Shown here piece after piece: positions 56,207 to 64,000 of a stretch of 64,000 nucleotides of DNA; the stretch's first letter is position 1; every line of letters begins with the position of its first letter. The position numbers were made by a program, and so were the translations under genes. The stretch covers positions 96,001-160,000 of the IMG/VR virus record IMGVR_UViG_3300021254_000021; one strand, written 5' to 3'. The stretch comes from a virus (Duplodnaviria > Caudoviricetes). Under the pieces are notes generated by a model. That model worked only from the letters and a program-made list of their open reading frames with translations. It ran no database searches and was not told where the DNA came from.

Positions 56207-56949
56207 ATCAGAAAGAATGGAGAAAAGCTAGATATTCAATAAAAGATGGAGATAGAAATTCTTTCTTTTATTTTAGGAATTTGGCTTCTCAATTATTAGG
56301 TTTAAAGAAAGGTTATGTAATACATCATTTACGAGATTCTGAAGAAGCTAGGACATTTAATGATACCTATTATGAACGATGGGGAATAGACTTTGATGGT
56401 GTTTGTAAATATTGTATTTTAATGACTGAAGATGAACATAGAAAATATCATTCTTTTTCTGAAGAAACTAGAAAGAAAATTGGAGAATCTAATAGGATTA
56501 CTAAAGCTAAGAAAGAATATAAGGATAAAGTATCTGGTAAGAATAATTATATGTATGGAAAAAAGAGAGAGTTTACTGATGATCAGAAAAAAAGAATTAG
56601 TGAAAAGAGAAAATTATATCTAGCTGATCCTGAACATAGAAAGCAATTAAGTGATAGTAGAATTAGGTATTTTAAAGATCATCCTCTTACAGAGGATCAG
56701 AAGAGGACTATATCTGAAAAAACTAGAGAGGCAATGAAAGATCCTAAGATAAGAGAAAAGTGTAGTAGAGGAGTAAAGGGTAAACCGAGTCATCATAAAG
56801 GTAAAACATTATCTGCTGAATCTAGGAAGAAGATTAGTGAATCGAACTTTTCAAGAGAAGCGTCCCTTCTATATAAAGAATATAAGCGTAATGGTGGATT
56901 ACTAAACTGGAATAATTGGCAAAAAGCACATTATCCAGAGTATGATTAG
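56203..56949 (+). CDS. free-standing HNH-like homing endonuclease with NUMOD3 repeats
   Basis: VIHH..EH..YH; SEETRKKIGES, TDDQKKRISE, HKGKTLSAESRKKISES. Confidence 0.75.
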   Translation: MNQKEWRKARYSIKDGDRNSFFYFRNLASQLLGLKKGYVIHHLRDSEEARTFNDTYYERWGIDFDGVCKYCILMTEDEHRKYHSFSEETRKKIGESNRITKAKKEYKDKVSGKNNYMYGKKREFTDDQKKRISEKRKLYLADPEHRKQLSDSRIRYFKDHPLTEDQKRTISEKTREAMKDPKIREKCSRGVKGKPSHHKGKTLSAESRKKISESNFSREASLLYKEYKRNGGLLNWNNWQKAHYPEYD

Positions 56950-56958
56950 GAGGTTTAT

Positions 56959-57456
56959 ATGATAAAATTAAAAAGATTAGTAGAAAACGATGATACTGGT
57001 GTGATAAGGAAGGTAGGAAGTAAATGGAGGATTCTTAAAAAGAATCGTAAAGATTATTGGAATGCTAAATATGACACCAAAGCTGATGCACAGGCCGCAT
57101 TAAGAGCATACTGGGCGAACAAGCATGAATGTCTTAATCAGAATAAACCCATTATACTTGAAGGGTTTAATACCTCTATCGGTAGAGACCTTTTAAAGAG
57201 TATTCAAAGTTTCCTAATTAGCATCTTTGGGCACACTCTTTATTTTGATCATGTCACAGATAATAAAGCAGACCTTTATTATCACGGGGATGAGGTAGCC
57301 GAGTTGTTATATGATAATACCACAGAGGAAGTGGTAATTATGCCAGAGGATAATTCTCTAGCCCCAGTATCATTCTATGATACATCAGAATACGAGATAA
57401 AGGATTACCTTTCTGATTTAATCCTTGGTGATTTAACCCCTCAATATGCCTATTAA
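56959..57456 (+). CDS. protein with MIKLKRLVE leader (candidate capsid cargo)
   Basis: GGAGG SD; VIRKVGSKWRI..YDTKADAQAALRA module followed by a second domain. Confidence 0.75.
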   Translation: MIKLKRLVENDDTGVIRKVGSKWRILKKNRKDYWNAKYDTKADAQAALRAYWANKHECLNQNKPIILEGFNTSIGRDLLKSIQSFLISIFGHTLYFDHVTDNKADLYYHGDEVAELLYDNTTEEVVIMPEDNSLAPVSFYDTSEYEIKDYLSDLILGDLTPQYAY

Positions 57457-57461
57457 CCATT

Positions 57462-58064
57462 ATGTTTGATCTCTTTTGTAAAGCAATACTATCAGGAATA
57501 TTTATCGCCGTGGGCGGAGTGATAAACTTGAAAATTGGAGGGCCATTTGGAGCTTTCCTATTTTCTTTTGGTTTACTTTCCGTTGTACATTACTCTTTAC
57601 CTTTATTCACAGGTAAATCAGGTTTTTGTAAATATTCCCAAGACTTCAAAACACTACCTTTAATTCTGTTAGGGAATATCGTCGGTACATTCATTATCGG
57701 TGTTTGTACGCACCTAGCTTATCCAGAGTTAATAGAAAAGGCTAATACTATTACTATACACCGTCAAGAAGCAAGTGTCTTTGTAGCCCTGTTTTCATCC
57801 TTTATGTGCGGGCTTATAATGACTACGGTAGTAAAGTTCGCAAGACAAAAGAAATTTATACCACTCTTAGTCGGCGTTCCTTTATTTATCCTAGCGGGGT
57901 TTTGGCATTCAATAGCAGATGCTTTTTATTATTCTGTCTCATGGGATATTACACCATCTTTTTGGTATATTTACATCATAACCGTACTAGGTAATTTTAT
58001 AGGTTGTAATACCTACAATTTACTGGTAAACAAAACATTTAAACTAAAAGAAGAAGGAGAATAA
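57462..58064 (+). CDS. formate/nitrite transporter (FNT) family channel, compact
   Basis: AILSG.FIA.GG, FSFGL, LFTG, LLGNIVG, GF.HSIAD, LGNFIG. Confidence 0.9.
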   Translation: MFDLFCKAILSGIFIAVGGVINLKIGGPFGAFLFSFGLLSVVHYSLPLFTGKSGFCKYSQDFKTLPLILLGNIVGTFIIGVCTHLAYPELIEKANTITIHRQEASVFVALFSSFMCGLIMTTVVKFARQKKFIPLLVGVPLFILAGFWHSIADAFYYSVSWDITPSFWYIYIITVLGNFIGCNTYNLLVNKTFKLKEEGE

Positions 58065-58066
58065 AC

Positions 58067-58771
58067 ATGGTAAAATTAAAACGGTGCAATGAAATTTCTG
58101 ATTATGATTCTTGGGTTAAGTATGATTCCAATCCATATTGGAATGAAGATTGGAGGGAAGATGACGAGGACTCTGATGATTCAGAAGTATTAGTAGAAGC
58201 TACGCATACTTCCTCTGCACATTTTTATGATTCTTATGTTGATTATACTGATAGTATAGACTTAGAATATAATAATGGTGAGAAAGACAATAGATCTGAA
58301 AGTGTTAAAATAAAGTATGTAGATTTATTACCTGAGATAAAGGTACTGGATAAGAAAAAACTACAGGATTGGATTTCAAGAATTTCTAAAGGAGAGGAAG
58401 AAGGATTACTAGAGGACAATAAAGGTGGTTTTGATTACATTATATGTAGTTTCTTTAAAGGGATAGTAAAGAGAGGAGTTATTACTAATGAGTACAAATA
58501 TTCTTGGTATAATGATACCTCTAGTACATGGTTCCATGATGTTGGTTGGACTAAAGCAGACACTTTTGATAAAAATAAAGCTGCTGACATTTTCCTTGTA
58601 GATATAATGGATCCCGTTTTTGATAAACTTAAAATAGACTTTTCAAACTTAACTTTTGACGATTTCTGTTATTATATAGAATTTGGTCAGGGTAATTTCC
58701 ATAATCCAGAAGTGACTATAGTAAGTGAAGCTACTCAAGAAGACTTAGATTATATAGAAAGAATGTCCTAA
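58067..58771 (+). CDS. acidic protein with MVKLKR leader (candidate capsid cargo)
   Basis: MVKLKRCNE; AAGGAG SD. Confidence 0.7.
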   Translation: MVKLKRCNEISDYDSWVKYDSNPYWNEDWREDDEDSDDSEVLVEATHTSSAHFYDSYVDYTDSIDLEYNNGEKDNRSESVKIKYVDLLPEIKVLDKKKLQDWISRISKGEEEGLLEDNKGGFDYIICSFFKGIVKRGVITNEYKYSWYNDTSSTWFHDVGWTKADTFDKNKAADIFLVDIMDPVFDKLKIDFSNLTFDDFCYYIEFGQGNFHNPEVTIVSEATQEDLDYIERMS

Positions 58772-58878
58772 ATACTATATTTTCTTCTTGATTATATAGA
58801 AGAAAATTTTTAGTCTAAGCTATAAACAAGTATCTAAAAAATGAACCATGTAGGTATCTAATAAGTGCTAAATTGATG

Positions 58879-58901
58879 AGGCGTCCAAGAGACGCCTTTT
58901 T
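58879..58901 (+). terminator. terminator-like hairpin upstream of nrdD
   Basis: AGGCGTC-caaga-GACGCCTTTTT. Confidence 0.65.
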
Positions 58902-58944
58902 GTAACCTATACTATACCTAACTGAATGGACAGGGAGTAACATC

Positions 58945-61071
58945 ATGGTTCAGATTCGTAAAAAGACGGGATTGGTGCAAGCATTTGATTCTAATAAAAT
59001 AATAGAAGCTGTAAAAAAGTCGGCGGATAGAGTTAATGTAGAGATGCCACCCACTAAAAATAACCGTCTTATAGAACTTGTCTTAGAAGCTATACAGGAT
59101 AAGGAGATTATAGATGTTAAAGACCTTCACAAATATGTTGAATTAGCTTTGGATGAAGTGGATCATGATGTTGCTAAATCATATCGTGAATACCGTAATT
59201 ATAAAATGCAGTTCGTAAAAATGTTGGATGAGGTATATAGAAAGAAATTATCTTTAAATAATACACAGGATGCGTCTAATGCTAATGCTGATTCCGCTTT
59301 GGTTACAACACAAAAAGCTATCACTTATTCAGAACTGAATGGTGAATTGTATAGAAGATTCTTTTTAACAGATGAAGAAGAAAAAGCTATGAAGGATGGT
59401 TATATATACATTCATGATCGTGGATCTCGTCTGGATGCTAGTAACTGTTGCCTCTTCGATATGAAATCTGTTTTAACAGGTGGCTTTGAAATGGGGAATA
59501 TGCACTATAATGAGCCTAAAAGTATAGGTGTTGCATTCTCTGTTATGTTAGATGTTATATTTAATGCAGGATCTAGTCAATATGGTGGCTTCACTGTATC
59601 AGAAGTTGATAAGTTACTAGCGCCTTATGCAGAAAGGTCTTATAATGAATATATTAAAGAATATGAAAGTATTAAAGGAATGGATGACCTTAAAGGTGCT
59701 GATGAGTATGCTACTAAGAAATTAAAAAGAGAGATTGAACAACATGTACAAGCTATGGAGATGAAGCTAAATTCATGTGAGACCTCTCGTGGCGATTATA
59801 TCTTTACCTCTATTTCTTTTGGTCTTTCTAAGGATCGCTTTGGGCAAATAATATCCTCTGCTATACTTAAAGTAAGAAAAGAAGGACAGGGTAAAGATGG
59901 TTTTAAACGTCCTGTGTTATTCCCCAAACTTACTTTTATGTATGATGAAAATCTACATGGTGAAGGAAAAGAATTAGAGTGGTTATTCTTAGAAGCGGTA
60001 GATTGTACTATGAAAGCACAATACCCAGACTTTCTTTCTATGACAGGTGATGGGTATGCACCTTCTATTTATAAAAAGTATGGTGTTACTATTAGCCGTA
60101 TGGGATGCAGAGCCAATCTATCCCCGTGGTATGAGAGAGGTGGTATAGAGCCCGCAGATGAAAATGATAAACCTGTTTATGAGGGTAGGTTTAATATGGG
60201 AGCTATCTCATTGAATTTCCCAATGATAGTAGCAAAGGCTAAAGAGGAAAGTAAAGATTTCTTTAAAGTATTGGAGTATTACTTAGATCTTTGTCGTAAA
60301 ATTCATCTTCGCACCTTAGAATATTTCTCACACAAAAAAGCAGGTATAAATCCATTAGCTTTCTGTCAGGGAGGCTTCTATAAAGGTCATAAAGATCCTG
60401 ATGAAGAATTAGGAAAAGATTTTCTTAAACCTTGTACAGTGTCTTTTGGTATTACAGCTCTTAATGAAGCTACAGTAATGTATAATGGTAAATCAATATA
60501 TAAAGATAAATCAGAGTTTGCATCTCAGGTTTTACAGTTTATAAATGATTATGCAAATAAGCATAAAAAAGAAGATGGCGTACTATATGCTATTTATGGA
60601 ACTCCCGCAGAATCATTAGCTTCATTACAAGTAAAACAATTCCGTAAAAAGTATGGTGTTATTAAAGGTGTATCTGATAGGGAGTATATGTCAAACTCTT
60701 TTCACATGCACGTATCCGAGGATATAACCCCAATAGAAAAGCAGGATGCAGAATACAAATGTTTCCATCTTTGTAATGGCGGAAACATAATGTACAATAG
60801 GTTTACTTCCGAATATAACAAAGACTCTTTTGTAGCTTTAATTCGTAGAGCTATGAAACTAGGGTATTACTATGGATGTAATCAATCAAAAGATTATTGT
60901 AAAAATTGCGGTAAAGAGTTTATTGATTTAGACCAATGTCCTAATTGTGGTAGTGAGGATATTGTGCGTATAGAACGTGTTTGCGGCTACCTAGGGATGT
61001 CCAGAGTAGGTGATAAAACAAGAATGAATGATGGAAAATTAGCAGAAATAGCAGATAGAAAATCTATGTAA
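58945..61071 (+). CDS. nrdD: anaerobic (class III) ribonucleoside-triphosphate reductase with ATP cone
   Basis: ATP cone IRKK.G..Q.FD.NKI; YIHD..NCCL; MGCR; TPAESL; CxxC..CxxC; RVCGYLG glycyl radical motif. Confidence 0.97.
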   Translation: MVQIRKKTGLVQAFDSNKIIEAVKKSADRVNVEMPPTKNNRLIELVLEAIQDKEIIDVKDLHKYVELALDEVDHDVAKSYREYRNYKMQFVKMLDEVYRKKLSLNNTQDASNANADSALVTTQKAITYSELNGELYRRFFLTDEEEKAMKDGYIYIHDRGSRLDASNCCLFDMKSVLTGGFEMGNMHYNEPKSIGVAFSVMLDVIFNAGSSQYGGFTVSEVDKLLAPYAERSYNEYIKEYESIKGMDDLKGADEYATKKLKREIEQHVQAMEMKLNSCETSRGDYIFTSISFGLSKDRFGQIISSAILKVRKEGQGKDGFKRPVLFPKLTFMYDENLHGEGKELEWLFLEAVDCTMKAQYPDFLSMTGDGYAPSIYKKYGVTISRMGCRANLSPWYERGGIEPADENDKPVYEGRFNMGAISLNFPMIVAKAKEESKDFFKVLEYYLDLCRKIHLRTLEYFSHKKAGINPLAFCQGGFYKGHKDPDEELGKDFLKPCTVSFGITALNEATVMYNGKSIYKDKSEFASQVLQFINDYANKHKKEDGVLYAIYGTPAESLASLQVKQFRKKYGVIKGVSDREYMSNSFHMHVSEDITPIEKQDAEYKCFHLCNGGNIMYNRFTSEYNKDSFVALIRRAMKLGYYYGCNQSKDYCKNCGKEFIDLDQCPNCGSEDIVRIERVCGYLGMSRVGDKTRMNDGKLAEIADRKSM

Positions 61072-61084
61072 ATAGGGAGACTTT

Positions 61085-61567
61085 ATGAACTATCATAACA
61101 TTCTTCATTGTAATGAGAATAATGGTACTGGGTTACGTGTAGTATTATTCGTATCTGGCTGTTCTCATAATTGTAAAGGCTGTCATAATCCACAAACACA
61201 TGATCCTTGTTCTGGAATACCCTTCACTGAGGAAGCTAAGAAAGAAATATTCCAAGAATTAGAGCAGGAATGGTGTACTGGATTAACACTAACAGGTGGA
61301 GATCCTTTATTCCCTGATAATCGACCTATTATTCTTTCCTTAGTAAAAGAAATAAAAGAGAGATTCCCTAATAAAACCATTTGGATTTATACTGGTTATC
61401 TTTATGATTCCATTAAAGAATGGCTTGGAGTAAAGGAAATTCTAAAATACTGCGATGTTATTGTAGATGGCCCATTTATAGAGGAACAAAAAGAATATGG
61501 GTTACAATGGCGCGGATCAAAAAATCAACGTGTCATAGAATTAAATACAGGTAATTCACTCGTTTAA
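61085..61567 (+). CDS. nrdG: anaerobic RNR activase (radical SAM)
   Basis: NG.GLRV.LFVSGCxxxCxGCHN; TGGDPL; VDGPF; WRGS.NQRVI. Confidence 0.97.
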   Translation: MNYHNILHCNENNGTGLRVVLFVSGCSHNCKGCHNPQTHDPCSGIPFTEEAKKEIFQELEQEWCTGLTLTGGDPLFPDNRPIILSLVKEIKERFPNKTIWIYTGYLYDSIKEWLGVKEILKYCDVIVDGPFIEEQKEYGLQWRGSKNQRVIELNTGNSLV

Positions 61568-61580
61568 ATAATCCCCCTAA

Positions 61581-61629
61581 AGGCTAATAACCACCTTTCT
61601 AAATAAGATGGTTATTAGCCTTTTCTTTT
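61581..61629 (+). terminator. intrinsic terminator after nrdG
   Basis: AGGCTAATAACCA...TGGTTATTAGCCT plus T-tract. Confidence 0.85.
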
Positions 61630-61847
61630 ATATGGAGGTATTCATGCAAACATTAAGAAAAAGTGTGGACAAAGACCCGACACACCCATAACACTTATGT
61701 TCACACAACGTAGAACAGTACCGATTATTAAGGGGTAGAATATATTAACCATCTTATATGATTCTATACTTTCAGTTAATTACCTAAGAATATACACACT
61801 ATAAAATTCAAGGGTAATTAGAGTATAGTTTCAGAAAACACTGAAAC

Positions 61848-61887
61848 GACCCAGTGGGAAACCATCTTCCACTGGGTCTTGTTTTTT
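61848..61887 (+). terminator. strong hairpin / terminator
   Basis: GACCCAGTGG...CCACTGGGTC then T-tract. Confidence 0.75.
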
Positions 61888-62106
61888 ACTCAAAAAACGC
61901 CCTCAAACCCGCACCACATCTAAGAATCCGAGTGATTTTAAAAATTTGAAAATTTTGATCATTTTTTGTGTTACTATTGCAGGTGGGAGAGATACAGTAG
62001 TTCTAGGTAAATATACCTGAAGTATTGGGGTATTAATCCTGATGAGGTTGAAGGTATAGACAACCTAAAGTTATTCACGTTATAGAGGACTGGGGAGACA
62101 GCTTTT

Positions 62107-62490
62107 ATGAGTAATTCAGCAAGAAAAAAAGAAACAGAATTAAAAACCATTCATACACTTTCTTATGAGGTAATGGATTGTAGAACACATCTTGTGTCAG
62201 AGACAGTGGCAACGTATCCTAGTTATGATGCTTGTTTAGACAAGTTCTATGCTATACTCAATGAAGCTAAACATGCTAAAATTGATTTGGTTGTTCGTGA
62301 TGGATTAGGAACGCCTATATTTAGAACATCTCTTTTGGATATGAGTTTTGTTGATAGAGATTTTAAAGGTCAACTCTATAGTGATCCTTATGGTTGGTTT
62401 GGCACTCCATCTGTCTATAATGCTGATTATAAGGATGCACCTAATAGTGGTTATGAGTTTTACACAAAACCAACTAAACAATGGAGTTAA
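62107..62490 (+). CDS. hypothetical protein
   Basis: 127 aa, GGGGAG SD. Confidence 0.7.
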   Translation: MSNSARKKETELKTIHTLSYEVMDCRTHLVSETVATYPSYDACLDKFYAILNEAKHAKIDLVVRDGLGTPIFRTSLLDMSFVDRDFKGQLYSDPYGWFGTPSVYNADYKDAPNSGYEFYTKPTKQWS

Positions 62491-62495
62491 TTAAT

Positions 62496-62546
62496 AAGGT
62501 AGGTGGGTAGTTCACATAAATCCCCACAGACCAACTTTACAAAAAT
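62496..62546 (+). repeat. hairpin-leader element, copy 8 (divergent)
   Basis: GTGGG...AAATCCCCACAGACCAACTTTACAAAAAT, then AAAGGAG SD. Confidence 0.8.
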
Positions 62547-62560
62547 TAAAGGAGTTAGTT

Positions 62561-63271
62561 ATGGCAGGAATAGACAAAATATATTTAAAAAATTATACTG
62601 AGTATGAACATCTTAAGATTTTCTTAGAGAGATGTGATTCTGAGTTCTTAAAGGGATATAATTATAGCTTGTTCGGAATGTTATATGAGTTAGGCAGTTC
62701 TTATTTTAATGGGATTGATGAACATCCAGTCTCGAATTTCTCTCTAGCGGCTGATGTGTTTATTATTCATCACTTTTTAGATGAAGATATTAGCTCTATG
62801 CCTAATGTGTGGAATAGATTAAAAGAACAGTATGGTGATGATTTTGAGTTAATTAGAAATCACACTTCTTGTTATGATAAATATAGAGTAGATTTATCAG
62901 GATGTAAGATTAAATTAGTGAAGTCTTCTAATAATAAGACACTTAGACACATCAAACGGGAACATTGGTCACATTGTTCTATTCATTTTGTCGGAAATAA
63001 GACTGCTTTTAAAAAGAAAATAATCATAACTTATCCAGAGTTTAATTATTTCTATAGATGTTTCTATGATTGGGGAAATGGATGTAAGTATGACAGATAT
63101 GATCCAGTAAACAACAACTGCTTTTGTGAAGAAACGTCTATGAAACAAATTATTAAATATATAACAAATTCAGGTTTAAAGAAAGATGATACTATTCTTG
63201 TTCATTGTTGGGACTTAAATAATGATGGAGAATATGAGAAAGAAGCCGAGTATGAGTTTATTGTTGTTTAA
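62561..63271 (+). CDS. hypothetical protein
   Basis: 236 aa starting MAGIDKIY. Confidence 0.7.
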   Translation: MAGIDKIYLKNYTEYEHLKIFLERCDSEFLKGYNYSLFGMLYELGSSYFNGIDEHPVSNFSLAADVFIIHHFLDEDISSMPNVWNRLKEQYGDDFELIRNHTSCYDKYRVDLSGCKIKLVKSSNNKTLRHIKREHWSHCSIHFVGNKTAFKKKIIITYPEFNYFYRCFYDWGNGCKYDRYDPVNNNCFCEETSMKQIIKYITNSGLKKDDTILVHCWDLNNDGEYEKEAEYEFIVV

Positions 63272-63318
63272 GGAATTATCTTTGGTTAAAACACACCAAC
63301 TAAACAAAGGAGTTAGTT

Positions 63319-63552
63319 ATGCTTCATTATCCAACTCTGCCGAAACATAAATCCAAAAGAAAACTAAAGAAATATAGCCATTCTAAATTAAGAAAAGATA
63401 AAGCATTCTGTGGCAGGAAGGTGTACACCTATAATATTGGAGATTATTGCTACCTCACATCAAATCCAAAACAAAAAGGAGCAAAAGCATATCCCTATAA
63501 GTATGCTTTGTGGTTAATCAGATATTACAATGGCGTTATGGATAGGAGATGA
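63319..63552 (+). CDS. hypothetical basic protein
   Basis: 77 aa; leader AAAGGAGTTAGTTATG identical to that of 62561. Confidence 0.65.
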   Translation: MLHYPTLPKHKSKRKLKKYSHSKLRKDKAFCGRKVYTYNIGDYCYLTSNPKQKGAKAYPYKYALWLIRYYNGVMDRR

Positions 63553-63761
63553 TTATGGATGAAATGATAAAATTAAGTGATGAAGATTTTGAAGAATATC
63601 GTGAGATATTTCAGGATGTCCTAGCATTGCGTGGAGATTTTAGATTACCAAGAATTATCTGATGCCATATATGATATTCAGGAACCGTTAGATGCACTCT
63701 TTAAGGCTTTAAAGAAAATAGTTATTGATCAGAAACAAAAATAAAAAATAACAAAAACTGA

Positions 63762-63790
63762 TTGCAAAAATCGAAAATAAGCTGTATAAA
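63762..63790 (+). promoter_or_regulatory. sigma70/sigmaA-type promoter
   Basis: TTGCAA-N17-TATAAA preceded by an A-rich UP-like tract. Confidence 0.65.
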
Positions 63791-63891
63791 GAATAAAGAG
63801 AGTGATGGTTGACGTTATCTTCGAGAAACACAATCATCGTTTGAAACTAACTAATCAGTAATGGTGCTGATTAAACTAGGGAGATAAAGGT

Positions 63892-64000
63892 ATGAGAGAA
63901 AGGAAAGAGTTAGAAGGTGTAATTTCTTGTTGGAATGAGATATATCCAAATAGGAAAAATCAGCCAACTTTGTTATTTGTAACAGATACAATATTACAAA
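63892..64000 (+). CDS. hypothetical protein, runs off the window end
   Basis: ATG after GGGAG/AAGG; frame open to the end. Confidence 0.5.
   Translation, partial: MRERKELEGVISCWNEIYPNRKNQPTLLFVTDTILQ

Noticed and set aside
58772-58944. NrdR boxes upstream of nrdD
   Set aside because: Only weak ACTATA-like partial matches, no convincing tandem palindrome
58945-61071. Group I intron or intein in nrdD
   Set aside because: ORF is continuous, of normal length, with all motifs in order
903-61380. Minus-strand ORFs and nested alternative-frame ORFs in the track
   Set aside because: Almost all are short shadows of + strand genes with no SD or recognisable motifs
62035-62075. Hammerhead-like CTGATGA-GGTTG..CAACC-TAAA
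   Set aside because: Catalytic GAAA is TAAA and I cannot build stems I and III
1-64000. tRNA/rRNA genes
   Set aside because: No cloverleaf or GTTCRA-type T-loop context recognised in intergenic regions by eye; tRNAscan-SE would be decisive

Overview
An AT-rich segment of a large tailed (jumbo-type) bacteriophage genome. Essentially all credible genes are on the + strand, most with AAGGAG-type Shine-Dalgarno sites, and the standard genetic code fits. The host is probably an anaerobe, given the class III RNR and a formate channel. Layout: end of a structural/tail region (1-5.3 kb); a replication block (5'-3' exonuclease, intein-containing SF2 helicase, DnaB-like helicase; 5.4-15.8 kb) interrupted by an IS607 element; a long accessory region of small ORFs and paralog families (16-43 kb) that carries an IscB/omega-RNA element; a methyltransferase/thyX block (41-47 kb); and nucleotide metabolism and RNA repair genes (two deaminases, phosphoesterase + RNA ligase, FNT channel, nrdD/nrdG). 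Most notable: (1) the IS607 TnpB has the rearranged RuvC signature of Fanzor2/pro-Fanzor nucleases, an N-terminal frame overprinted on tnpA, and an insertion point between a gene's SD and its ATG; (2) a hairpin-plus-leader element recurs 8-10 times at gene boundaries and divides the accessory region into cassette-like modules; (3) an orphan omega-RNA-like relic and IS200/IS605 end relics; (4) dispersed proteins share basic..E|S linkers, suggesting protease-processed capsid cargo; (5) a nuclease-less R-M methylase-specificity gene is grafted into a phage ORF; (6) an integrase-core-binding-like domain is fused to a J-domain. All family calls come from motif recognition by eye; no searches were run.
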